52,226 bases of DNA. It comes from a virus. Its lineage: Duplodnaviria; Caudoviricetes. Position numbers and translations under genes: made by a program. The DNA is taken from positions 1 through 52,226 of the IMG/VR virus record IMGVR_UViG_3300032286_001250, one strand, 5' to 3'. Under the pieces are notes generated by a model that saw only the letters and a program-made list of their open reading frames with translations, did no database searches and was not told the origin of the DNA. Below, piece by piece: positions 18,061-28,000 of this stretch. Position 1 is the first letter of the stretch. Every line of letters starts with the position of its first letter.

Positions 18061-19434
18061 CTAGCTGTCAGGGAAGGCTGCGGTGGACGGGGTGAAGTTG
18101 CTGGTGTATCTGGCCACTCCTTTGGTAATGCGAAGATCATCGATGTAGCCAGAGAAATCCCTACCTTCGAGCGGGCTGTAATACTGGTCCCGGCCGATAT
18201 AAATACTGCCAGCGATGTCTGCAATAGTGCCAGACCATGTAGCGGTAGCCCTGGACGTTCCGTCCACATAGATGGCCCAACTGCTGCCGTTTCTCACCAC
18301 CGCTATGTGGTGCCAGTTGTCGTCGCGCACGCTGACACCAGTAGTTGCCAGCAGTGGCGATCCGCCTGAATAATCAGCAACGTATAGTGCCACGTTGCCA
18401 GATGTTGCTGACGATTGATTGAGCATCAAACTCCACATACCACTGCTGAATGGATTCGGCGTCCTGGAATACAGGGTTGCGCAACTGTTTGATGCTGTTG
18501 TTTTGATCCACATCTCCCAGGTCAGATCGGATGATCCCGGCTCCATTGCCGCAGCATCGCCGACGGTAAGGTAATCGCCAGATCCATCAAATAAGCCAGA
18601 TGCTCCTCCAAACTTGGATTGAGCCGTGCTGATTTGGGCATTGCCAACCGCAGTGACTGTGCGAGATCCGCTGCTGCTGTCGGTGAAGGTTGTGCTGCCA
18701 TTACTGCCGTCCATGTGGAGCAGTAGGGACACGCTGGAAAAGTCTGGGTCACTAACGCCGGTTGTCGTTGCTAGTCCCCCTGCGAATGCAACTGTTGTGG
18801 TCCAGTTGACGCCATCCACGTAGGCGTTTTGCTCGATAGTGACCGCGCCGCCTGTGAAGCTGCCTGTGGCCAACCAGGAGGGGCCAATATCGGCAACGCC
18901 ACCAGTGATGGAGGCAGCGACAGTCCAGGAAGAGCCGGAAACCGGTTGGATGCCGGCACTGGCCTCCCCACCAGTCAGGGAAGCGGAAAGGCGCCAGTTG
19001 ACACCGGGGGCGAAGGCGTTCGGAGAGGCGGCGGTCGGTTGGCTGAGCTCTAAGGTTCCGCCCAGGCGGACCTGAGCTGTGCAGATGCCTGGGACGATGG
19101 AGTCCACCGAGGGCGGTTCAAGCCAGCGCCAAACCATGGCGCCGCCGTCGCGGATACGGGAGGACAGGGCGGAGTCGCTGATGCCGGCGACGGCCTCGGG
19201 GGGAAGCGCCAGGGGGTGGAAGCCGGATCGGCTGGAGCGGTAGCAGTTCAACAACAGGGCGCCCTGGTCGTCGGTGATGTTGCGGAAGGTCAGCGATAGC
19301 TGGGCGTCGAAGGGTTGGGACCCGAGCAGCCGGGGGTAAGACGAGCCGTCGCGGGAGCGCCCTTCCAGGACGGGGTAGCCCCCGGCGTCGAAGGAGCGGC
19401 TGCTGGGTTTGAGGGCGGGAAAAGATATTGTCAT
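18061..19434 (-). CDS. distal-tail-like N-domain + repeats + LamG/ConA-like domain
   Basis: N-terminus paralogous to 19431..20645; C-terminal VSLLLH.DG...WHHIAVVR..IYVDG...GYIDDLRITKGVARY LamG signature. Confidence 0.75.
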   Translation of the reverse strand: MTISFPALKPSSRSFDAGGYPVLEGRSRDGSSYPRLLGSQPFDAQLSLTFRNITDDQGALLLNCYRSSRSGFHPLALPPEAVAGISDSALSSRIRDGGAMVWRWLEPPSVDSIVPGICTAQVRLGGTLELSQPTAASPNAFAPGVNWRLSASLTGGEASAGIQPVSGSSWTVAASITGGVADIGPSWLATGSFTGGAVTIEQNAYVDGVNWTTTVAFAGGLATTTGVSDPDFSSVSLLLHMDGSNGSTTFTDSSSGSRTVTAVGNAQISTAQSKFGGASGLFDGSGDYLTVGDAAAMEPGSSDLTWEMWIKTTASNSCATLYSRTPNPFSSGMWSLMLNQSSATSGNVALYVADYSGGSPLLATTGVSVRDDNWHHIAVVRNGSSWAIYVDGTSRATATWSGTIADIAGSIYIGRDQYYSPLEGRDFSGYIDDLRITKGVARYTSNFTPSTAAFPDS

Positions 19435-20645
19435 CGTGTAAACGAAACCGCCGACATTATTGTGGCGCCAGCACCGTAGGTTCCATCTGTGCCGCCACCA
19501 AATACAAATCGGCCTGTTGCTGGCAATGTCACACCTGTGACCGTAATTTTAAGTGACGTATTTTTGTATACCTTGACGGTCATGTTGGTGCGGTCTGTTC
19601 CTGCGTACACAATCCTCCAGTCGTTCGTGCCGTAAACAGGTTCATTGACAAAGTTCGTGCCACCAGACCATGTTGTAATAATTTCACCTGCTTTTTTGAC
19701 GTAGATACCTTGAGTGGCTGTCTGATAAGCGCCCGCACCGTAAGCGTTGAACGATATGAAATGAGGGCTTGACGATGAATTGTAGATGCCGACAGAAGCG
19801 AACCCTATTCCAGATCCGATGTAAGAAGAGTCCGTCGCTGAATAATCAAGAATGCCGAAGCCTACAGCGCCTCCTATCACATCAGAATAGGGTAGATTAA
19901 GGGTGAATGCTATGGTGAGCCCATCGTACAATGAAGATGGAGTGGAAACGTTTGTGACTATGGACTCCGTTAGATTGCCACTAGCTTGTAGAAGCTGCGC
20001 TTCGACAAGTTCACCACTGCTGTTGGTTGTTAAGTAGCCGTAGATGCCGTTCTTTTGCCATTGGTCATAGGTAAGTTGAGTTGATGATCCGGCAGTGACT
20101 GCGCCTCCAGCGAAAGAGGCTTTTACCTTCCACCTGGCACCGAGAGCGTTCGGGTTGAGGAGGCAGGCGTAGCCGTTGACCACGTTGGGACCGGAGGGTG
20201 GAGTGATTGTGGTGGAGCCGATCTCGGGGGGAGTGAAGGCTGGGACCAGGCGGGCTCGTAGAGCGACGCTGACGGTGGAGCGGCCGGGGACGGTGGACTC
20301 GAGGGATGGGCGGCCCATGAAGTACCAGCGAAGCTGGCCCGATTCATTGCGAATTAGGGTTGCCAGGTTGGTGCTGAGGCCGGCGGTAAGCGCCGAAGGC
20401 AGGGTGATCTGTTTGCGGGTGCCGTAGGCCTTGTCGTAGGTGGAGAGGATGTCCTCGGCAGAGGCGTCGGGGATGTTCTGGAACTTGAGGCGTAGTTCGG
20501 GCTCGGTGGCCTGGGCGGACAGGAGGCGGCGGACGCTGATGCCGGCCATTGTCTGGGCCTTGTTGATCGGGTGCTGGCCCTCGACGTAGCTGCGGGCGCT
20601 CGGGACCAGGGAGGGGAATGTGATGGTTTCCGGCACTGGCGTCAT
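19431..20645 (-). CDS. distal-tail-like N-domain + variable C-terminal beta domain
   Basis: FPSLVPSARSY...L.LKFQNI...WYF..P; AT-richer C-terminal half. Confidence 0.6.
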   Translation of the reverse strand: MTPVPETITFPSLVPSARSYVEGQHPINKAQTMAGISVRRLLSAQATEPELRLKFQNIPDASAEDILSTYDKAYGTRKQITLPSALTAGLSTNLATLIRNESGQLRWYFMGRPSLESTVPGRSTVSVALRARLVPAFTPPEIGSTTITPPSGPNVVNGYACLLNPNALGARWKVKASFAGGAVTAGSSTQLTYDQWQKNGIYGYLTTNSSGELVEAQLLQASGNLTESIVTNVSTPSSLYDGLTIAFTLNLPYSDVIGGAVGFGILDYSATDSSYIGSGIGFASVGIYNSSSSPHFISFNAYGAGAYQTATQGIYVKKAGEIITTWSGGTNFVNEPVYGTNDWRIVYAGTDRTNMTVKVYKNTSLKITVTGVTLPATGRFVFGGGTDGTYGAGATIMSAVSFTR

Positions 20646-20699
20646 TTGCTGTCAGAGCCTGTGCGGGACTTCCCAGAATATCGCCGGAATCGCAACCGA

Positions 20700-22865
20700 T
20701 CATCCATACTGAATCACCCAATTGTCGTCTGAGACGTAGCGCTGCTCGGTCTGACTGAAAGTTGGGAAGTTCTTGCCAATCATGGAAATGCCGTAGGCGT
20801 CGACTGGATGGTGAACGGCTTCGATGTCGATAATCCCTTCCTGGTTGATGGCAAGGGATTCGATCTTGTAGGTGCGGACTTGCTTGTCAGTCCGTTTGAT
20901 AACGAAGAGGTAGCCGGTGGGGCTGGCGCTGCCGTTGGAGGCGACCACGACTTGGCCATCGAAAACGTCCTCGGTGCCGCCGGCCCAGAGGGCTGCTGGG
21001 TAAGCGCCGGCCGGGAGGCTGTCGGGCTGGGTGGTGATCAAGGTGCCGTCCACGAGGATGGCGCCGTTGTTGAACTCGTCGTAGAAGGTGTGGTCCATGG
21101 CGACCTTGATGTAGTCCCCGGTGCCCAAGCTGCTGGTCAGGCCGTCAGGTGTAGTGGCGAATCGGATCGAGTGGGTGATCAGGCGGCGGGTGCGGATCAG
21201 GTAGCAGGCGAAGTCGATGGCGTGCTCGACATTGGTGCAGTAGGCCGAGATGTCGAAGGTCTCGATCGGGTCGGAGTAGGAGACGCGGTCGCGCTCGGTG
21301 ACCAGGACTTCGCGTTCGGTGGGGAAGAAGCCAGAGCTGGTGTAGTCGGGGCGGGAGCGCTCTTCGCGCCATTTGACGCTGGCCTGGATCGGGAGGCGAT
21401 CCTCCTGGTTGAGGAACTCCAGGGAGAAGCTGTTCTCGATGGTGTTGCCGGCGGTGAACAGCGCCTTGATTGGGACGGGGCCGACCTCGGGGAAATAGAT
21501 GGCCGGGCTGAAGGCCCACTTGCCGCCTTTCTGGCAGAGCTCGAGGAGCATGGTCCCGGCGATGTCGGCTGCGAACTGGCGGAGGTTGACTTTCTTGGTG
21601 ATACCGACGTCGTAGAAGTAGCGGCGGTTTTGGCACCACTGAGCTGCCTGGGCAAACGACGTGTCGTCAATCTGCATCTCGGTGTAGGAACTGCCGGCTC
21701 CGTAAGTGGGGGACAGGAGCATGTCGCGCAGGATCCAGGGGAAAAGGTTTGTTGTAGTGATTGTGCCGTTGACACAGGAGGTGTGGCCCTCGGTGACATA
21801 AGCACTGAACTGGTCCAGTTGACTGATGTCGGTGCCGGCCTGGATGTTGAGGCCGACGGTGGCGATGCCGTCGTACTCAGGGGTGGTTTCGTTCTCGGAG
21901 AGGATGTTGATGTAGGCGATCTCGTGTTCGGGGCCGCCTGCGACCGTGGTTTGAAGTTCGCTGTAGACGAAGGCTTCGGCGGTGCGTGCCCAGTCGTCGA
22001 GGACAGTGTCGTTATCTGTCCAGCCGATGCTGGGGCGGTTGGATGGCTCCAGCGACGGGATGCGGAAGTTGGATTTTGTGCGGGTTATTGATGTGCCAGT
22101 CCAGAAAATACTGATACCAGTGTTACCGAGTGCGATGGCTTCTTTGGTGCTGACGTGTGAGTCAAGGATGATGAGAGGCGTTTTGATGCCGCCCGATCCA
22201 ATGTTATTGCGCATCTCCCAACCGGAGATGGGCTCAAACATAAGCTCCCAGCGGCGAGATTCCGGTAGCTCGAAGCGGATGGCGTTGTAAACGACGGCGC
22301 TGGTTTGACTGCGGACGGCCACGGTGCAGTCAAAATCTGCCCAGTCCGGGGTGCTGCTGTTCTCCGCTCGGCGGTAAATGCGAAAGAAGCTATAGCGTGT
22401 TTCGGCGCGAGAAATGGAGCCAGATTGGTAGATAGAGGTTCCTAGCTTCTCGTCTTTGTCGTAGTTGTTCTCGTTATAGCGGTTCCCCGCCTCGTTGTTG
22501 ACGGTACGCAAGTCTGGGACGTCGCGGAAGTTGCAGAGGCCGCTGACCTGGATGCCGACGGTGGAGCGAAGGCCGACCTCAAAGACTCTGGCGGCACGGG
22601 TGAGGGCCACCGTGGCGATGGCGCAGCGGAAGATCTGGGGAAAGGAGGTGGCGGTCTCGAAGGTCTCCGGTGGGTCGATGTTGCCTAGGTCTGAGCTTCT
22701 GTTCCACTGCGGGGGCTTGATCGTCTTGTTAGTCCAACCAGGCGCAAAGTTGCCGGGGGGCATGGTGCGGACTTCGCCAGCCCGGACGACTCGGAACTGA
22801 TAGGCCTTGCCATTGCCTCCTCTGACGGGCTCGTTGTCGACTTCGCTGATGAAGATTTCGGCCAT
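20700..22865 (-). CDS. tail tip / host-specificity protein (gpJ-like), C-terminal part
   Basis: ILRDMLL...GAG...IDDTSF..A..C and LFTAGN motifs; position after the gpL/gpK-like genes. Confidence 0.7.
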   Translation of the reverse strand: MAEIFISEVDNEPVRGGNGKAYQFRVVRAGEVRTMPPGNFAPGWTNKTIKPPQWNRSSDLGNIDPPETFETATSFPQIFRCAIATVALTRAARVFEVGLRSTVGIQVSGLCNFRDVPDLRTVNNEAGNRYNENNYDKDEKLGTSIYQSGSISRAETRYSFFRIYRRAENSSTPDWADFDCTVAVRSQTSAVVYNAIRFELPESRRWELMFEPISGWEMRNNIGSGGIKTPLIILDSHVSTKEAIALGNTGISIFWTGTSITRTKSNFRIPSLEPSNRPSIGWTDNDTVLDDWARTAEAFVYSELQTTVAGGPEHEIAYINILSENETTPEYDGIATVGLNIQAGTDISQLDQFSAYVTEGHTSCVNGTITTTNLFPWILRDMLLSPTYGAGSSYTEMQIDDTSFAQAAQWCQNRRYFYDVGITKKVNLRQFAADIAGTMLLELCQKGGKWAFSPAIYFPEVGPVPIKALFTAGNTIENSFSLEFLNQEDRLPIQASVKWREERSRPDYTSSGFFPTEREVLVTERDRVSYSDPIETFDISAYCTNVEHAIDFACYLIRTRRLITHSIRFATTPDGLTSSLGTGDYIKVAMDHTFYDEFNNGAILVDGTLITTQPDSLPAGAYPAALWAGGTEDVFDGQVVVASNGSASPTGYLFVIKRTDKQVRTYKIESLAINQEGIIDIEAVHHPVDAYGISMIGKNFPTFSQTEQRYVSDDNWVIQYG

Positions 22866-22872
22866 GACTGGT

Positions 22873-24174
22873 TTAGAGGTTGTAGTCCCGGTTGATCAGA
22901 ATGCAGAGACAGCTGCCCGCTTTGTAGAGCTCGCCTGCGATTAAGGCATCGTCGGCGGCGCGTTGACGTGAGGCGACGGCAGAAGCGATGTCACTGCAAC
23001 GGGCTTCGCCATTGCTGTCGTTCTTGTCAATGTCGGTGTTACTTGAGTCAAACCTGATGATTGTATTGCCGTCGCTTTCGCGCTCGAGCTTGTAAATGAA
23101 GGTGTCGCCAGGGGACAGGCTGTTGCCGCTGCTGGTGGAGTAGATGCCAGCACGACAGCTCCAGTGGTACTTGTACTTCCAGAAGTCGGCGAGAGCCTGC
23201 GGATCGTCGTCGCATAGGGCTTTCATGTAGTTGCCGCTCTTGCCAGTTGGTACAACGCGCAGCGTCACTGTGGGGCGGATCCTGGGATTCACCCTGTAGC
23301 TCATGTTGTTGGGGATATGTGAGAACAAACCGAACTTGGTGGAGTTTGAGGGGCGGAAGGTGTAACAGAAGTCAGATTTGAATTGATTGCCCTGGCTGCG
23401 CAGCTGGTAAACATCGGCGGCCCCCTCGAGCTCGGAGTTGCCGGTGGTGTCGTTGGTGGCCAGGCGGCCGGTGAAGCGGTCGCTGCCGGTCAGGCGGCCC
23501 CCCGAGGGCGCGAAGTAGATGGTCATCCGGCCCACCTCCTCGTTGGAGGTCTCGTCCTCGAAGCGGTAGGCGGAGAGGCTGTTGTCACCGATGGCAAAGC
23601 CCTTGGGGTCAAGGGCGCCGATCGTGCCCTCTCCGAGCATGAAGATCGACCTCAGGAACTGATTGCCGTTGGTGCTGATCAGCTGGGACCAAAGCAGGGG
23701 GAGGTTGATGCGGACGCCGCCGTAGGTGCCGGCCGGCCTCGGGGGGATGGCGCCCCAGGGGTCGTTGGTGCTGCCACCGGCCTGTTGTGCGGGCAGGGAT
23801 TGGCGCTTGGCGTAGATCAGGGGGATGGTGGTGCCCAGCGAGGCCGGCTGCTGGACGGAGTTGAAGCCGACGCGGGGGGAGAACTTGGCGTTCTCGGTGA
23901 TGTTGTTGGCGTCCTTCGTCTTGCTATCGATGCCGCCGGTGCCGGCCTTCTGTTCTCGGGGCTTGAAAAAGCTGGCGGCGATTGTCAGGCCCACCGACAG
24001 GGCGAAGGAGGCAATCGCGATGATCTCGATGATGCCCGCCTGGGGGACCGACAGGTCGATGCGGCTCTTCTGCTTCACCTCCGTCTTGAAGCGGCGGTAG
24101 TCGTCCTCGGTGACGCCCAGGAGGTCGGCGATGTTCCGGTCGTAGGGGAGGAGGGGCGGGGTGTGCTCAGACAT
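22873..24174 (-). CDS. tail tip protein, N-terminal part (gpI/gpJ-like)
   Basis: Hydrophobic segment, then ASLGTTIPLIY...LLWS...FMLGEG typical of tip N-termini; ATG at 24174. Confidence 0.7.
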   Translation of the reverse strand: MSEHTPPLLPYDRNIADLLGVTEDDYRRFKTEVKQKSRIDLSVPQAGIIEIIAIASFALSVGLTIAASFFKPREQKAGTGGIDSKTKDANNITENAKFSPRVGFNSVQQPASLGTTIPLIYAKRQSLPAQQAGGSTNDPWGAIPPRPAGTYGGVRINLPLLWSQLISTNGNQFLRSIFMLGEGTIGALDPKGFAIGDNSLSAYRFEDETSNEEVGRMTIYFAPSGGRLTGSDRFTGRLATNDTTGNSELEGAADVYQLRSQGNQFKSDFCYTFRPSNSTKFGLFSHIPNNMSYRVNPRIRPTVTLRVVPTGKSGNYMKALCDDDPQALADFWKYKYHWSCRAGIYSTSSGNSLSPGDTFIYKLERESDGNTIIRFDSSNTDIDKNDSNGEARCSDIASAVASRQRAADDALIAGELYKAGSCLCILINRDYNL

Positions 24175-24571
24175 CACGGAGCTTGTAGAAGGCGGGGGTG
24201 CCACGGAGCGTGCGGAGTGGCAGGGCCTGCACTCCGCGACGGTGGTGGGGGATCAGCAGGAACGGGCCAGGCACCACCACCCCAAGACCGAGGGCGTACT
24301 CGCTGGTGGGGTCGCCGGTCTCGAGGAGGGTGAGGCTCCAAGGCTCGGCCGAGGGGATCTCTTCGCAGTGCCGGTAGAAGGCGTCGCGGAGCTCGTCCCA
24401 GGACTCCTGGTGGGCCAGCTCGATCCAGTCATCGATGGCGGGCATGGGGTGGCCGGCCTCGGTGAGGAGGATCTTGGTGATCACCAGACAACAGGCGGCG
24501 CCGTCAGTACGAGGATCGGCGCCGATGCGATGTGGAAGGCCAATCCACTGATGCCAGTCATGGAGATCCAT
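24167..24571 (-). CDS. NlpC/P60-like tail assembly protein (gpK-like, degenerate)
   Basis: WIGLPHRIGADP...ACC; ATG at 24571 inside the longer listed ORF; the usual catalytic His is not evident. Confidence 0.6.
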   Translation of the reverse strand: MDLHDWHQWIGLPHRIGADPRTDGAACCLVITKILLTEAGHPMPAIDDWIELAHQESWDELRDAFYRHCEEIPSAEPWSLTLLETGDPTSEYALGLGVVVPGPFLLIPHHRRGVQALPLRTLRGTPAFYKLRDV

Positions 24572-24579
24572 GGGCCAGT

Positions 24580-25062
24580 TTAGGCAGTGAAAATGGTGCC
24601 GGTAGGAGGGAGTGAGCCGACTAAATACTGTGAAAGAACGCGCTTTGGTACTTGCTCGCGGGTGGCATCCAGAGGACTGCTGAGAATTAGCGTTACTTTC
24701 TCGTAGTCGTGGGAGCCGGAGACGCAGGACCAGATTTCGGTGCTGATTGTGTAGGACTCGGAGATAGAGGCGTCCTCGGGGGTGTCGAGGATGACGGTCT
24801 GGACGTCGACGAGCCAGTGGTTGGTGGCGGCTTCGGCGATCAGGTTGACGGTGAGGGGGTTGGGGGTGGTGATCAGGCTGGACTGGCCTGTTTCGCCGCC
24901 GCGGCTGCTGCGGTTGCCGGAGAGGACGAAGGGGGCGAATTTGTAGGCGGTGCCACCGTAGGTGCGGGTTTCGCCGGGGAAGAAGTTCTGGTAGCTCTGC
25001 CCGTTGATGGCGGTGCCATCGCGGAGGGTGAAGGTGATGTAGCTGGCGACGGCGATGTCCAT
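24580..25062 (-). CDS. minor tail protein (gpL-like)
   Basis: Follows the tape measure; YQNFF...Y.FAPF...LSSPLDA..VP.R. Confidence 0.6.
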   Translation of the reverse strand: MDIAVASYITFTLRDGTAINGQSYQNFFPGETRTYGGTAYKFAPFVLSGNRSSRGGETGQSSLITTPNPLTVNLIAEAATNHWLVDVQTVILDTPEDASISESYTISTEIWSCVSGSHDYEKVTLILSSPLDATREQVPKRVLSQYLVGSLPPTGTIFTA

Positions 25063-28000
25063 CAGACTCCAAGCCTCCGGCGAGTATTGACTGAGCGCTG
25101 CAGGCCCTCGTAGGCAAGCAAACGTCCGCGTTCGGCGGCCTGTTGCATACCTTTGCGGTGCTGATCAGTGGTGACGTATTCGACGTTGTTGATGACGCGG
25201 GACTCGAAGCGGACATCGATCGGGCCGGCGGCGGCCATGGCCTGACCGTCCTCGGGGGAGGAGCGGCGGCTCCCACCGAGGGCGCTGCGGGTGCCGGCGA
25301 ACAGGTCTTCGTTGGAGGTGATCTGGCCGGAGGCGCCTGGAGTGAAGAGTTCGGGGCCGTTTTCGCCGACGATGTAGGGGCTGTTGGCGGAGACGGGGCC
25401 GCCTGCGGCGCGGGCTTTGATGCCGAAGAGCTTGCCCAGGCCCCCACCGGGGGCGAAGGATCCGGCCAGGGAGGAGATGCCGCCGAAGATGCCGGCGAGG
25501 CCCATCAACGTGTTGTAGGTGCCCCCCTTCTTCATCTGGTTGACTCCGGCGATGCCCATGCCGATTCCGGCCAGGGCGCCGACTACGCCGCCGATGGCTT
25601 GTTGCAGGCCGCCGAAGTTTTTGGGAATGTCGACGGCGCTCTCGCCGGTCTTGCGGACCACGCTGGAGGTGACCTTGCAGGAGTTGCCCAGGTCCGCCAG
25701 GTTCTGGGTGGCGTTGGCCGCTTCGGTCGCGATGGAGTCCACGGCTTTGCCAGAGCTCACGCCTGGTGTCAAGGGGACGATGCCGTTGGCGGCACCAGCG
25801 ATCTCGGTGGTCTTGCTGGTGATGGCAGTGGTGAGGCCATCGAGGGCGGTCTTGACGCTGCCGAGCGCTGTGGTGTTGGCCTCCTGGGCGATCTTGACCG
25901 GATCCTGGACGCCGAGGAAGTCCTTGAACTGCTTCTCGAGCATCTGCTGGACAGGCTTGAAGGCGGCGTCGAGCATCGAGTTGAGGATGGTGTCGGTGAT
26001 GCCCCTGAGCATTTCCTCCATGGCCTGGCCCGTGTCGCCCCCGGTGAGGGCAGCCTTGATGAAGTTCTTTTGGCCGTCGACGATCGAGCGGCTCACGTTC
26101 TGGATGAGGCTCATCGTGTTAATGAAGGCAGTCGTCTCCTTGTCCATGGCAGCCAGGCTGGCGGCCGAGTCGCGGGTTGCTTTGGCGAAAGCCTGGAACT
26201 CGGCGATCTCGCTTTCCTTCACCAGAAGGCCCTTGGCCTCGAGGTCGAGGCGACGTTCGGTGATCTTGGCTTCGGCTTCGGCACGGCGCTTGCCGTAGTA
26301 ATCGCCCTCGCCGTAGGCCGCTGCCCGCTGGCCCAGGTTGCTGGCGCGGGCCGCCTTGAGCATCAGGTCGTTCCCGGTGGTGGCGTCGTACTTGAGGCGG
26401 GCCAGCTCTGTCGTGACGTCGCTCTTGGCAGAGGCCTTGGCGGCCCTATCGAGGATGGCAAGAATGTCTTTGCCCAAGGGCGAGTCGAGGACTTTCGCCC
26501 CTGCCGGATCCATGCGCAGCTTGGCAATGATGCCTTCAAAATCAGCGGCTTTTTGAAGGTAAATGTTGTTGCCAGCCAGAATGGTTTGGACCTTGGTAAG
26601 GGTCTCGACTTCGCTTTCGCGGGTTTTTCTGGACTCGGAAGCACCGAGGGCTACGAGGTCTTGGACAGCCTTGACCTCTTTCATCCTATTGAGGAGGTCA
26701 GTTTGAGCCTTGTATTGCAGTTCTAACTGTGTGAGGCTCTTGTCACGGCGGGTGTCATAGCTTTTGATGGTGGCATCGTATTGAGCTTGAGTCATCGCGT
26801 TCTCGGGCTTGGCCTTGACCTTGTCGAGTCCTTTGATGAAGTCTTCGCGTTCGGCTGCGATCACCTTCAGTGTTTTCTGGTACTCAGCTGTGAGATTCAC
26901 TTGCTCAGGTGAGACCAACTCGATGTCTTGACCCTTAAGGGCGTTCAGCGCTTTTAGTGTCTCGTCGAGTTGGATGTTCTGGTCGCGGTACTGCTCAAGG
27001 TTGATTTCAGGGAACGCAGCTTTGGCGATGTCCTCGAACGCCTTGGCAGTGTCAGCTTTCCTGATTTCTGCTGTGATTTGGCGGGAGCGTTCCATCGCGG
27101 CCTTGAAGCCGGCCATGGCGTCGTTCATGGCGGAGATGGTCCTCTCACCGATCGAGGCGTCGAAGGTAGGGGCCGTAGGAGCTTCGACCGTGGCGGCGGC
27201 GACGGGTGACATGCCTCGGGCGCCGGCTTTCAGGTACTTGTTGGCCGTAGCCATAAGCTCTGGATGATGCTGTGAACCTCCAGGGAGAGACGGCCAAAGC
27301 CCACGAAGAGCTTTGTCAAGCCCTGCGACATTCCCTTCGGCGAACATCTTCTTGGTTTCTGGGTGCTGCTGAATGGCGTATTGGTAGGCAGCGTTTTGCG
27401 CTGTGTTGAAGTCGCCTGATAGGAACTGATCGGCCATGCCGGGTTTACCCCGCATCCGAAGATCGGTATCAGTGCTCGGGAGAAGCTGGAAGTAACCACG
27501 AGCGCCACTGTAGTTATTGACCGCTTTTGAGCCCATCTTCCCGTAGGCACCTTCAAGGTTGGAAAGGCGTTTCATGTAACCAGTGATGAAGTCATCGCTA
27601 CCAGCGCCGCCAACACCGGGTTGGAACTTGCCGTGGAGGATCTTGTAGACCTTCCCGTCAGGTGTCATGAAGGCTGTCTCGTCTCCGTTGGCAGTGCCGG
27701 GTGTGTTGCTGACCCATTTGGCACCGTTGGCAAGAGTGAGTGCTGCACCCGCACCGAAGGCATAGTCACGACCTTCATGGCTATAACCTTTACGAGGAGC
27801 GCCGATTTCTCCTCCAGCGCTAGTCTGACCTGATGACAATGGCCCGCCATTGACGCGGACGTACTGATCGAGGGCGCCTCTGTCGTAGTAGCCACCACCT
27901 GACTGGGCAATGTGGAAATGAGGTCCCGTACTCGTGGGGCCAGTGTTGCCTTGGATATAAGTGCCATCTGCCATGTCACCCGTTGCGCCGCTGGTTCGGA

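Noticed and set aside
12728-20645. Diversity-generating retroelement or invertible fibre cassette
   Set aside because: No reverse transcriptase, template/variable repeat pair or invertase seen in the window.
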